From contig CAZFUY010000003.1 in NCBI GenBank assembly GCA_964522445.1, forward strand, positions 1-54,878: DNA of 54,878 nucleotides, in the 5' to 3' direction. This stretch comes from an uncultured Thiotrichaceae bacterium. Lineage in GTDB: Bacteria > Pseudomonadota > Gammaproteobacteria > SZUA-229. The position numbers were made by a program, and so were the translations under genes. Under the pieces are notes generated by a model. That model had not been told where the DNA came from. It ran no database searches and was given only the letters and a program-made list of their open reading frames with translations. Positions 8,386 to 19,201 of the stretch are shown here, one piece after another (position 1 is the first letter of the stretch; each line of letters begins with the position of its first letter).

Positions 8386-9990
8386 TTATTGAATAGTGGG
8401 CTGAATGGAATTAAAGCTCTTTGCAAAAGGTTTTTTAGATTTTAAATCACCTGGCAGGAATTGCTTTGCCCTGTTTGCGGTGTCTTTATTGGTGTAAAGA
8501 CCATAAATAAGTACATACCAGGGCTTGCCTGTTAATTGTGTTTTGTACCATGCGCTATTGTCAGCCAGCTTATAGCGTTTTGCGATATACAGTAGCGTGT
8601 TGGGGTCGCGTGCGCCTGTTATCTGTAAGCTCCAGTAGTTTGAGTCCTGCTGCATAATCCAGTTTTTATCATGTAGGCCTAACTGGTTAAGCTGCTGTAA
8701 AGATGGGGGTAATGTATTGGTTTCAATAATAGCTGCTTTTTCTTTAACAGTAATAGAAGGTTCTGTTTGTTTATCAGCAGTGAAGTCTCTGGTTTTTATT
8801 TCTTCGGCAGGTCTGTCTGTTGGTAGGGCTGCAACAGTTGCAACTTCTGTGTTATGTGTTTCTTCAGTTTGTTTTATGGTATTGGGTTTAGCTGTGGACT
8901 GAACTGTTTTAATATCAGAAGTATTGTCTTCAATAGTTTCTGTGGGAGCTTCTATTTTGACCCGTGGCTCTTCATGTGATTCTATTGATTCAATTTTTTT
9001 ATTTTCAATAATTGTATTTTTTTTCTGAGAAATAACTTTTTCTATTTCGATTGTGTCTTTAGTTTGTGTTTGCTCAACAGGAGCAGGTATTGTTTCAGTT
9101 GGTGTTTCTACCGAGGGTATCTGGTTTAAATAATATTTAATAAAGCCTGCAATACAAAGTAATGCGATACTGCTTACTAATAAAATAGCGGGCTTTAAAT
9201 GAAAGCCAGATGTTTTTATTTTTTTTCTGGCCTGTTTTTCTATATGAGCAACTGTTTGCTCCATAATTGATAGTGGTGTGCCATTACTTTTTTTGAAGAT
9301 AGATTGAATGTCATCATTTTCAAAAATTGACTCGCCGGTATAGCCGGCTATTTTTATTTTATGCTGTATAAATGCCTGAACCTGTTTGGATGTGTATTCA
9401 GGCATTTCCTGCACATACAGTTGATTGTGTTGAATATCACTGATCTTTTCTAAAGTACTGGCCATGCCTTTATTGGCAAGTAGTAAGAATTTTAATTTTA
9501 TTTGCAGATCTTTTTCCAGTTGTTTCTGATAGCCTAACAATTCCTGCAACGTGATATTGCTTAATACATGAGCATCGTTAATAATCAGAACGGGTTGTTG
9601 ATCAAATGTCTGTAAATTTTTTAGTTTGTCATTGAGTTTATTTGCTTCACCCTGGTCTTTAAGATGAAGTGATATTTTTTGTTGTAGCTGTTCCAGTGTG
9701 TCAGTCGCTTCTGCATTAACAGGTAGTAGACAGATATTTGAAATGTTGCTTTGTGAGATAAGGCGAAATAATGTTGTTTTTCCACTGCCATGTGAGCCTT
9801 CAATAATAAGCAGTAAATCACTAAATTGAAGATGATGTATTGTTGTATCAATGAGTTGATTAATAATGGCATCGGTAAAAATACCGTCATTAGAAAGAAC
9901 TTGTGCTTCGAATGGTTGCTTGCTCAGGCCAAGCTGGCTCATGGCCAGTGTGCTGAGAGTTAAAGCATCGGTTGTATTTTTTGCTGGCAT
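8386..9990 (-). CDS. ExeA/GspA-like AAA ATPase fused to a C-terminal SPOR peptidoglycan-binding domain (DamX-position protein)
   Basis: It has the ExeA-like N-terminus LGLSKQPFE, Walker A GSHGSGKTT, one TM segment (ILLVSSIALLCIAGFI) and a long E/T/K-rich linker. The C-terminus is a SPOR-like fold (YWSLQITGARD...WYVLIYGLYTNKDTANRA). It occupies the same position as P. aeruginosa PA5037, between aroB and gltB. Confidence 0.75.
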   Translation of the reverse strand: MPAKNTTDALTLSTLAMSQLGLSKQPFEAQVLSNDGIFTDAIINQLIDTTIHHLQFSDLLLIIEGSHGSGKTTLFRLISQSNISNICLLPVNAEATDTLEQLQQKISLHLKDQGEANKLNDKLKNLQTFDQQPVLIINDAHVLSNITLQELLGYQKQLEKDLQIKLKFLLLANKGMASTLEKISDIQHNQLYVQEMPEYTSKQVQAFIQHKIKIAGYTGESIFENDDIQSIFKKSNGTPLSIMEQTVAHIEKQARKKIKTSGFHLKPAILLVSSIALLCIAGFIKYYLNQIPSVETPTETIPAPVEQTQTKDTIEIEKVISQKKNTIIENKKIESIESHEEPRVKIEAPTETIEDNTSDIKTVQSTAKPNTIKQTEETHNTEVATVAALPTDRPAEEIKTRDFTADKQTEPSITVKEKAAIIETNTLPPSLQQLNQLGLHDKNWIMQQDSNYWSLQITGARDPNTLLYIAKRYKLADNSAWYKTQLTGKPWYVLIYGLYTNKDTANRAKQFLPGDLKSKKPFAKSFNSIQPTIQ

Positions 9991-9992
9991 TT

Positions 9993-11180
9993 TTATGGAA
10001 TCAGGTTAACAAAAGATAATTGTCGTGGATTAAAAATTCTTTCATATTCTACAATAGCATAGCGATCTGTCATGCCTGCAATATAATCTGCAATGCCGCG
10101 AGCGATGCCGCTATCACCCTGTTTTTGTTTTAGTGCTTCGCAATGTGTTTTTGCATCGGGTGGCAAAATGCCGGTGTCGTTCATAAATGCCTCAAATAAT
10201 GCATTGAGTACATTTTCTGCTTTTTTTGTCATGCGAGTGACGCGGTAATGATGATACAGTTTGTCTCGAAGAAAACGTTTAAGTTCAAGGTTCTGTTTTT
10301 TTATTTCATCACTGAAGCTTATTAAATAGTTATCCTGTTGTCTTGCTTCGTCAGGATGCTGTAAATCAAGTGAGTACAACCTGCTTTTACTGGTTTCAAT
10401 TAAATCGACTACCATGCGGTTTATTACGCGACGGATAACTTCATGGATTTGGCGGCGTTCATTTAATTTTGGATAAAGCTGATTCACATTATCATATTGT
10501 TCACGGAATAACTGTATTTCCAAAAGCTGTTCAATATTTATTAAACCATAGCGTAGACCATCATCAACATCATGATTGTTGTAGGCGATTTCGTCTGCAA
10601 GATCGCATGCCTGAGCTTCAAGACTTGACTGGTTTTTTTCTAAAAAACGTTCGCCCAGTTCGCCCAGATTTTTTGCGTCTTTGGCTGAGCAGTGTTTGAG
10701 TATTCCTTCTCTTGACTCAAAGGTTAAATTTAGTCCTCGGAAATCGGCATATTTTTCCTCTAACTTATCAACAACACGAAGTGACTGTAAATTGTGCTCG
10801 AAACCGCCGTAGTTTTTCATGCAGTGGTTTAAAGCATCCTGTCCTGCATGACCAAAAGGGGCGTGGCCAAGGTCATGAGAAAGTGCAATGGTTTCAGTTA
10901 AATCTTCATGTAAATTAAGTTCGCGTGAAATAGAACGGGCAATCTGTGAAACTTCGAGTGAATGAGTTAAGCGTGTGCGAAATAAATCGCCTTCATGATT
11001 TACAAAAACCTGAGTTTTATATTCAAGTCTGCGAAAGGCCGCAGAATGAATAATTCTGTCACGGTCTCTCTGGTAATTATTGCGATGCTCAGGTGATGGT
11101 TCTGAGTGAATGCGGCCCCGTGAAGTTTTATCACTACATGCATAAGAGGCTAAATTATGTGGATAATTATTGTTTTCCAT
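9993..11180 (-). CDS. dgt: dGTPase-like deoxynucleoside triphosphate triphosphohydrolase (HD domain)
   Basis: HD motif [12 protein letters not shown], typical Dgt-family N-terminus ([22 protein letters not shown]) and C-terminus [11 protein letters not shown]. Confidence 0.88.
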   Translation of the reverse strand: MENNNYPHNLASYACSDKTSRGRIHSEPSPEHRNNYQRDRDRIIHSAAFRRLEYKTQVFVNHEGDLFRTRLTHSLEVSQIARSISRELNLHEDLTETIALSHDLGHAPFGHAGQDALNHCMKNYGGFEHNLQSLRVVDKLEEKYADFRGLNLTFESREGILKHCSAKDAKNLGELGERFLEKNQSSLEAQACDLADEIAYNNHDVDDGLRYGLINIEQLLEIQLFREQYDNVNQLYPKLNERRQIHEVIRRVINRMVVDLIETSKSRLYSLDLQHPDEARQQDNYLISFSDEIKKQNLELKRFLRDKLYHHYRVTRMTKKAENVLNALFEAFMNDTGILPPDAKTHCEALKQKQGDSGIARGIADYIAGMTDRYAIVEYERIFNPRQLSFVNLIP

Positions 11181-11198
11181 AATAGTTAATAACTATTT

Positions 11199-12275
11199 TT
11201 AGTAGCTTTCAGAAATAGCTTCAAGCAACATTTCCTGTTTGTAATTACTGGTGACAATGGCATTGCCTATAGATTTAAACAATACAAGATTCAGCACGCC
11301 ATCATGTACTTTTTTATCCAGAGCCATTAATTCAATAAATCGATTAGCTGTCATTTTGTCGGGTGCTTTTATAGGTAGGTGGGCACGCTCCAGAATATCG
11401 ATAACGCGCTCTACGTCGGAGGCAGAAATCCAGCCCATTTTTTCAGACAGGCGTGCAGCCATTACCGTTCCACTGGCAACGGCTTCACCGTGTAACCAGT
11501 TGCCATATCCCATACCTGTTTCAATGGCGTGACCAAAGGTGTGGCCCAGATTAAGTAAGGCACGTTGACCGCTTTCTCTTTCATCTGCTGCAACTACTTC
11601 TGCTTTATTACGGCAGGATCGTTCAATAGCATAGGCAAGGGCGACAGGGTCGCGATTGGTCAGGTCGTCAATATAATCTTCTAACCAGTCAAGAAATTCC
11701 AGGTCACGAATAAGGCCATATTTTATGACTTCGGCTATGCCTGAGCTGAGTTCTCTATCCTCTAAAGTTTCCAGTGTGTTGGTGTCGGCAATAACAACTT
11801 TGGGCTGGTAAAAAGCACCAATCATATTTTTGCCTAAAGGGTGATTAATTGCCGTTTTACCCCCCACGGATGAATCGACCTGTGATAGCAGAGTAGTGGG
11901 AATCTGGATTAAATGCACGCCGCGCTGATAACTGGCTGCTGCAAAGCCGGTAATGTCACCAATTACACCACCGCCTAAAGCAATTAATGTTGTGTTGCGA
12001 TCAAAATGATTGCTTAGCAGACAATCATATATTGAGTTAAGAATTTCCTGGTTTTTATATTTTTCGCCATCAGGCAGAATGAGAGCCTGGTATTTAATAC
12101 CATCTAGTGCTGCCGTCACTTTATCTATATATAAAGGCGCAACGGTTTCATTGCTGACTATAAGAGCGCTATTGCCCTGGATATATTGTGTGAGCAATTC
12201 ATGGCTATCAAGCAGGTTGCTACCAATGCAGATAGGATAGCTGCGCTCGTCCAGATTAACTTTCAATGAGATCAT
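11199..12275 (-). CDS. aroB: 3-dehydroquinate synthase
   Basis: [19 protein letters not shown], and [12 protein letters not shown] metal ligands. It sits downstream of aroK. Confidence 0.95.
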   Translation of the reverse strand: MISLKVNLDERSYPICIGSNLLDSHELLTQYIQGNSALIVSNETVAPLYIDKVTAALDGIKYQALILPDGEKYKNQEILNSIYDCLLSNHFDRNTTLIALGGGVIGDITGFAAASYQRGVHLIQIPTTLLSQVDSSVGGKTAINHPLGKNMIGAFYQPKVVIADTNTLETLEDRELSSGIAEVIKYGLIRDLEFLDWLEDYIDDLTNRDPVALAYAIERSCRNKAEVVAADERESGQRALLNLGHTFGHAIETGMGYGNWLHGEAVASGTVMAARLSEKMGWISASDVERVIDILERAHLPIKAPDKMTANRFIELMALDKKVHDGVLNLVLFKSIGNAIVTSNYKQEMLLEAISESY

Positions 12276-12330
12276 GTAAATGAATTTTCCTGATAATACT
12301 ATGAGGCCTTTGTGTTGAGTAAAGACCTTA

Positions 12331-12849
12331 CTATGTTTTGTTATATTGTTTCAATTTCTCAAGGATAGCGTTTATTACAGAACGAATCGACTTTTCACTG
12401 GTATTTATCACAATATCGGCGGTTTCTCGGTAAAGAGGTTCACGCACTATCATTAATTCTCGGAGTTTAGCAGCTGGATCTGCTGTTTGTAAAAGAGGGC
12501 GGTTTTTATCATGACGGGTACGTTTTATCAGGTATTTAACATCACTGTGCAAATAAATTACTGTACCACGAGACTTTAAATTTTTTCTATTTTCAGAGCT
12601 AAGTACTGCGCCGCCGCCAGTTGCCAGAACCAGATCTTTTCTTTGAGTGAGTTCATTGATTACATCCTGCTCGCGTTTTCGAAAACCGTCTTCACCTTCT
12701 TTTTCAAAAATTAGAGGAATGTCTGCTCCGGTGCGATCTTCGATAGCATGGTCGCTATCAATGAATTCCAGATTAAGACGTTTGGCAAGCTGACGCCCCA
12801 TGGTGGTTTTGCCAGCACCCATGGGGCCTATAAGAAATATCCGGTTCAC
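12331..12849 (-). CDS. aroK: shikimate kinase
   Basis: 172 aa, P-loop GPMGAGKTT, and GGGAV shikimate-binding motif. Confidence 0.95.
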   Translation of the reverse strand: MNRIFLIGPMGAGKTTMGRQLAKRLNLEFIDSDHAIEDRTGADIPLIFEKEGEDGFRKREQDVINELTQRKDLVLATGGGAVLSSENRKNLKSRGTVIYLHSDVKYLIKRTRHDKNRPLLQTADPAAKLRELMIVREPLYRETADIVINTSEKSIRSVINAILEKLKQYNKT

Positions 12850-13124
12850 TGGTTCTGGTCTTTGGATGGTTGTTTGATGAACTTAATTTTAATTTTTAGC
12901 ATACAGTGAAGTATAAAGTGAATAATTAAGTTAATAAACAATAGTGCTTTATAGTTCTTATGGTGGAGTGGCTGAAATAAATAATGATTATTGTTTATAG
13001 ATGTTTTATAGGTGGCAAATAGATAAGCATCGTATAAAAATTGCTTTATAGGCAGTATTGGTTTTTATTCATTTCTTAATTAATGGAAATAAATAGTTGT
13101 TTATTACTGTCCCATTGCGCTTTA

Positions 13125-13889
13125 TTAATTAGAGCATGTGTATGAAGAAATGGTCGGGTTGGCAGTATCTCCATTACCATCAATGAAGCCGGAGTTCCAT
13201 ATTTGTATTAGGGTTGTGCCACTGCATAAGGTGGAATGCTGACATCCGTCTCCATTCCACAGACCGTCAGCAAAATCATGCGTGCCATTTATTGTCTGAA
13301 CATCAATAATTTGATCTGCAGGTACAGCACCTACGGCTGTAGATTCATATGTGCCATTATGGTTACAGTCAATAAAAGGTTCTGGTAAATCATCAACAGT
13401 GGTTGTGAAACTATCACCATCATCAAAAAAACCATTGCCATTTGTATCACTAAATTCTTCTTCTCCTAATGTGTAAGCAATAAAATAGATTCGATAGTCA
13501 TTTGGTGCTTCAGCTGGGTTTCCAGAAGTCCATTTAACACTGCATGTCCCATTTGATGTTACACATGAATTTGTATTAAAAGATCCCCACTCAGTTCTAA
13601 AATTTACTGTGTGAGTACCAGAAATATTAATGTTATTTCGGTCTGAAAGGGAAACAGAAACATCAATAGTTGTTTGTGTGCCAGGAATACCGTTACTATC
13701 CCATAAACTAGGTGAAGCATCAGAAAAAAGTAGCACCAGACCTTTTTGACTTACAATATCTGTTGTCGTTGTGCTACTACTTGTTGATGTTGTAGAAGAG
13801 GTGGCTTCAAATCCACTATTACCACTGCCACAGGCAAATAGAATGGGTATTGTTATAAATATACAAAGAGTCTTAACTAAATATTTCAT
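13125..13889 (-). CDS. predicted outer-membrane lipoprotein of unknown function (Ig-like region plus EF-hand-like Ca loops, 8 Cys)
   Basis: Signal peptide with lipobox ILFAC-GS, then an S/T linker SSTTSTSSSTTTTD. A Big-like stretch follows (IDVSVSLSDRNNINISGTHTVNFRTEWG...TSNGTCSVKWTSGN). There is a 12-residue EF-hand-like loop DTNGNGFFDDGD and a second partial loop DCNHNGTYE. The start is only 22 nt after the pilQ stop. Confidence 0.7.
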   Translation of the reverse strand: MKYLVKTLCIFITIPILFACGSGNSGFEATSSTTSTSSSTTTTDIVSQKGLVLLFSDASPSLWDSNGIPGTQTTIDVSVSLSDRNNINISGTHTVNFRTEWGSFNTNSCVTSNGTCSVKWTSGNPAEAPNDYRIYFIAYTLGEEEFSDTNGNGFFDDGDSFTTTVDDLPEPFIDCNHNGTYESTAVGAVPADQIIDVQTINGTHDFADGLWNGDGCQHSTLCSGTTLIQIWNSGFIDGNGDTANPTISSYTCSN

Positions 13890-13911
13890 AATGTTGCCTA
13901 TATTTTCCAGC

Positions 13912-16089
13912 CTACAGCGATAAAGAATCTTTAAGAATCTTTGGTGTTACAAAAATCAGTAGTTCTGCTTTATTATCAACTTCAAGGCTGTGTCTAAATA
14001 GAGCGCCTATTAAAGGTAAGTCTCCTAAAACGGGTACTTTATCTTCCTGATTTGAGGAATCGCTTTCATATATACCACCAAGAACAACGGTATCTCCATT
14101 ATTAACTAGCACCTGAGTTTGTATTTCGCGAGTATCAATACTGGGGATTCCAGCAAAAACTTCGCCAATGGCGTCTTTATTAATTGCAAGATCAAGAATA
14201 ACGCGATCATCGGGTGTGATTTGTGGTGTTACTTTTATACTTAGCACTGCTTTTTTGAAAGCAATTGTTGTAGCGCCACTTGATGAAGCCTGTTCGTAAG
14301 GTATTTCTACACCCGATTCAATAAAGGCTTCATTTCTGTCAGCGGTGACGACCCTGGGGCTGGCAACAATTTCAGATGTCTTTTCAGCTTCTCTGGCAGA
14401 TAATTCCAGATCAATTAGATTGCTGCCACTAAGGATGGCGAAGGCAATAGAGCCTGTGGCTGAAGATGCGGGCATATTGACATTTAACCTGTCAGAACCA
14501 AGTGCTCCGCCTCCGGCCAGTGAGTCATTAGGAACAGTAACTGCGGTGGTTTGACCAAATGGCTGTGCGCCTGTTGCACTAACCATATCATTTGTGCCCT
14601 GGAATGTACCACTGCTGGTGCTGAAATTAGAGCCGCTAGTAGACGCATAAGTTGCACCAAAGCGGACACCCAGTTCTTTCACAAAGTCATCAGTTGCAAT
14701 AACAATACGTGATTCAATTAATACCTGTCGCACAGGAACATCCAGTTTGTTTAAAATACGACGGATTTCTGAAATAACATCATCGGTATCTTTAATAAGT
14801 ATGGAGTTGGTGCGTTCATCAATAATTACCTGGCCACGTTCAGAAAGCAGGCCATTACCTTCGCTGCCGCCTTCGCCTCCGCCAAATAATTTTTCAAGGT
14901 CAGTAACTTTGGCAAAATTTATCTGAAAATATGCGGTACGTATAGGCGCTAAATCAACAACCTGTTTTTTAGCTTCCAGTTCCAGTTTTTCCTGTGCGGC
15001 AATTTCTTCTGATGGTGCAACCAGTACTACATTGCCATTTTCACGTTTGCCCAGTCCTTTTGCTTTTAGAATAATATCCAGAGCCTGATCCCAGGGAACA
15101 TTTTTTAATCGCAGTGTCAGGTTGCCATCAACTGAGTCGCTAACGACAATATTAAGCCCTGTAAAGTCTGCAATTAACTGTAAGACTGCACGGATAGGGA
15201 TGTCCTGGAAGTTGAGTGATAAACGCTCGCCAACATAGCCAAATTTAGCTTTCTTTGCCTCTTCCTTATCTTCTTTTGATATAGGCTTAAATTCGATAGT
15301 AAAGGTTTTATCTGTTTGATAAGCCAGGTGTTCATAGTTACGGTTAACAGGCGTGATTTCAAGTCTTGCTGCATTATCTAAAATAAAGCTGTCAATGGAT
15401 TTAACAGGTGTTGCAAAATCAGTGACATCTAATCTTTGTGTTAATTTTTCAGGCAAACTTGCACCAATAAATCTAACAATAACTTTTCCCGCCTGTTCGC
15501 TAATATCCATTGGGATATTAGCATCTGTCATATGAATAATGACACGACCTTCACCTTTTTCACCACGCCTGAAGTCAATATTACTAACACCACGAGCGGT
15601 GTGTTCAAATCTTGATGATGAATTGTTTGATTGTTCAGCAAAAACTGTTTCGCTTTTGTCACTATCAAGAGTAATAGTGAGCTGATTATTTGAAACCTGC
15701 ACATTGTAAGGTACAACCTCAGTAAGATTTAAAATCATACGGGTTTTGTTTTTTGCAGTAATTGTTGTAATTGAATCAGCTATACCTAAACCTATAGGCT
15801 GGTTTCTTTTTTCAAGTTTACTAACGGTATCTTCAAAATCAAAAGCTATACGAGCAGGGTTATCAATAGTAAAACTTAAAGGTTTTTTGGGTGTTGAAGA
15901 TAAGTCTACAATAATTTGTATACGGTTGCCTGGCAGGGCGGAGTATCTGACGGCAGTGATTTCATTTGTTGCGGCTTGCACAAATATTGGTGAGCAGGTA
16001 ATGGCTAAAACAAAACACAGCGCAATGTTTTTTAATATATTGTTTTTTTGAGAAAAATAGTTCATGTATGTATCCCGTTTAGTCATCAC
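13912..16089 (-). CDS. pilQ: type IV pilus secretin
   Basis: Two N-terminal AMIN-like domains and a C-terminal secretin domain with the hallmark VPVLGDLPLIGALFR. It is the last gene of pilMNOPQ. The start is uncertain: GTG 16089, ATG 16086 or ATG 16065. Confidence 0.95.
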   Translation of the reverse strand: MMTKRDTYMNYFSQKNNILKNIALCFVLAITCSPIFVQAATNEITAVRYSALPGNRIQIIVDLSSTPKKPLSFTIDNPARIAFDFEDTVSKLEKRNQPIGLGIADSITTITAKNKTRMILNLTEVVPYNVQVSNNQLTITLDSDKSETVFAEQSNNSSSRFEHTARGVSNIDFRRGEKGEGRVIIHMTDANIPMDISEQAGKVIVRFIGASLPEKLTQRLDVTDFATPVKSIDSFILDNAARLEITPVNRNYEHLAYQTDKTFTIEFKPISKEDKEEAKKAKFGYVGERLSLNFQDIPIRAVLQLIADFTGLNIVVSDSVDGNLTLRLKNVPWDQALDIILKAKGLGKRENGNVVLVAPSEEIAAQEKLELEAKKQVVDLAPIRTAYFQINFAKVTDLEKLFGGGEGGSEGNGLLSERGQVIIDERTNSILIKDTDDVISEIRRILNKLDVPVRQVLIESRIVIATDDFVKELGVRFGATYASTSGSNFSTSSGTFQGTNDMVSATGAQPFGQTTAVTVPNDSLAGGGALGSDRLNVNMPASSATGSIAFAILSGSNLIDLELSAREAEKTSEIVASPRVVTADRNEAFIESGVEIPYEQASSSGATTIAFKKAVLSIKVTPQITPDDRVILDLAINKDAIGEVFAGIPSIDTREIQTQVLVNNGDTVVLGGIYESDSSNQEDKVPVLGDLPLIGALFRHSLEVDNKAELLIFVTPKILKDSLSL

Positions 16090-16603
16090 TTATACCAAGG
16101 CTTGCGCTTCGCTCTACATAGCCGCCCAAGCCGTCAGGAATAATTTCAATTAATTCGATTTTATCTTCTGTAACAGAAACTATCTGGCCTTCGTTTTGAC
16201 CTGCATAGTTTCCTGTCTGTACTCGGTGCACCAGATTTTGGGGATCTTTAATGAGTCCCCATACTTGCTTGTTTTGCTCAAGAAGCCCAACCATGCGGAG
16301 TGTGTCCAGAGGGAAACTTTCCAGCGGCTCTTTGGGTCTTTGTTCTTTTTGAATAGAGTTGTTTTCATCGGCTGATTCAGCTTCTGCTTCAAATGTAGCT
16401 TCGAAAGGATCTCTTAGATCTGTTGCTGAATATATAAAATTTTGATACGGCTTAAACTGGGGTAAAGGTTGTACGCTGCCCAGGTGTTTTAGTTTTGTCT
16501 GGCTTATAAATTCGTTTAAGTCTGTTACGTCATTGCTACAGCCACTGGTTAGAACGGCTACCAGTAAAGAGGTAATAATGCTTTTTTTATGTGCAAAAAA
16601 CAT
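16079..16603 (-). CDS. pilP: type IV pilus assembly lipoprotein
   Basis: Lipobox LTSGC-S, size and position between pilO and pilQ, and a C-terminal beta-domain (VGLL...WGLIKD...VHRV..G). Confidence 0.88.
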   Translation of the reverse strand: MFFAHKKSIITSLLVAVLTSGCSNDVTDLNEFISQTKLKHLGSVQPLPQFKPYQNFIYSATDLRDPFEATFEAEAESADENNSIQKEQRPKEPLESFPLDTLRMVGLLEQNKQVWGLIKDPQNLVHRVQTGNYAGQNEGQIVSVTEDKIELIEIIPDGLGGYVERSASLGISDD

Positions 16604-17247
16604 TAGCTATTATCCCCATTGTCTTCATCTTCATCCAGATACTGGTATGTAACAGCAGTAAGCTCCATAACCAGGCGAACCCCTTTTTTACCGCTAGGGT
16701 GTTGAATAGAAATATCCTGTAAGGTGACTATTCGTGGTAATGCGGCAACACCGCTGATAAATCGGGCAAACTGGTGATAGCGGCCAGTAACGCGTAATTT
16801 TATAGGATATTCTGCATAAAACTCTTTTGGGCTAAGACCTTCGGGTTTGAAAAAATCAATTTCGAGGCCACTGGCTATACCTGTCTGAGATATATCTGTA
16901 AGCAATGTTTCAATTTCTGTTTTATTGGGAAGTTGTCTTAACAGTGCGCCAAATGTACGCTCCATTTCGATTAGTTGTTGTTTGTAGGCCTCTAGATTTG
17001 CGGCTTTACTTTGTTTTTGGTCAAATGCGCTTCTAAGTTCTATTTCTTTTTTCTCTGCACTTTCAAGTGTTGTTAATTGTGGCTCTGTGTCAAACCATAA
17101 GCCAACGCCTAAAACGATAATGCTCAGGAAAGCAATAACAGCAATTTTTGCACCGGCGGGAGCAGAGCCAATTTTTTTAAGATCTTCAGCATCCAGATTG
17201 TTAATGCTTTCAATTATTTCACCAATATCAATTTCAGATAGTTTCAT
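16603..17247 (-). CDS. pilO: type IV pilus assembly protein
   Basis: Single TM, coiled coil, and a C-terminal ferredoxin-like region (YPIKLRVTGRYHQFARFISGVAALPRIVTL). Confidence 0.9.
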   Translation of the reverse strand: MKLSEIDIGEIIESINNLDAEDLKKIGSAPAGAKIAVIAFLSIIVLGVGLWFDTEPQLTTLESAEKKEIELRSAFDQKQSKAANLEAYKQQLIEMERTFGALLRQLPNKTEIETLLTDISQTGIASGLEIDFFKPEGLSPKEFYAEYPIKLRVTGRYHQFARFISGVAALPRIVTLQDISIQHPSGKKGVRLVMELTAVTYQYLDEDEDNGDNS

Positions 17248-17806
17248 TGTTCTTTATCCTCAGCTGATTTTGGCATGCTTTGGGCTAGCTCAAGAATGAA
17301 TTCGCTGCCCCTACCATCTTTTCTTTTGCTTTCAATAACTTTTAGTTTTGGCTTTTTAAGCCATTCTGATGCGTCTATATTGCGCATATATGCTGAAACG
17401 CGGCCATTGGATTCTGAAATACCCGTGAATTCAAAACTGTCTGCACTTTGTTTTATTTTTTTAAGGTAAATGCCTTCTGGCATAGTGCGCACAATCTCAT
17501 CAAAAACATGCACGATTTGTGGGCGACGCTGTTGTAAGGATTGAATAATTTCCATGCGAGCCAGTAAACGCTCTTTAGTCTCTTCGAGATTCTGGATTTC
17601 TTTTAACTGAGCTTCTAATTTTGTTATTTCTTTTGTCAGGATGTCATTTCTATAATTCTGGTGATCAATCATTTTTCCAATATTGACATGAACTAAAAAA
17701 ATAATTGCTGCTGCAAAAGCTACAGACATAATTAATAAAGAAATGAATTGTCGTGTTTGTTCAGTGCGACGTTCTTCGCGCCAGGGCAGTAGATTAATAT
17801 GAGCCA

Positions 17807-17807
<1 letters not shown>
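17244..17807 (-). CDS. pilN: type IV pilus assembly protein
   Basis: Hallmark N-terminus INLLPWREERR followed by a TM segment. Translationally coupled to pilM and pilO. Confidence 0.92.
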
Positions 17808-18910
<1,103 letters not shown>

Positions 18911-19201
18911 TTAAGTAGTTATAGCACTTTTGTGTGTATTTGCATTAAATATTAGCTGCAAGTATCGAATAATACTAGTCTATTTTCAAAATCATGTCGC
19001 CTGATTTGAATTCAGAGACTATAATTTCACTAGTTTTTACTCTAGTTATGCAGTCATTTATTAAGGGGGCTGTCACTTGGTGGTGGCATTTTCTTAAATT
19101 TTCATGCGATTACCTGAGAAAAGTATAGCTAAAATGTACCTGAATGCTGAAAATACCTGGAAAATTATAGTCAGCTCTATAAATATGGATAACTTAATAA
19201 T

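Noticed and set aside
9993-11180. dGTPase-like gene as an anti-phage dNTP-depletion defence gene
   Set aside because: Defensive dGTPases exist. This copy, however, is embedded in a housekeeping aroKB-gltBD block with 2-18 nt spacing to its neighbours and has no other defence or mobile genes nearby. Nothing in the sequence distinguishes it from the ordinary Dgt-like paralogue.
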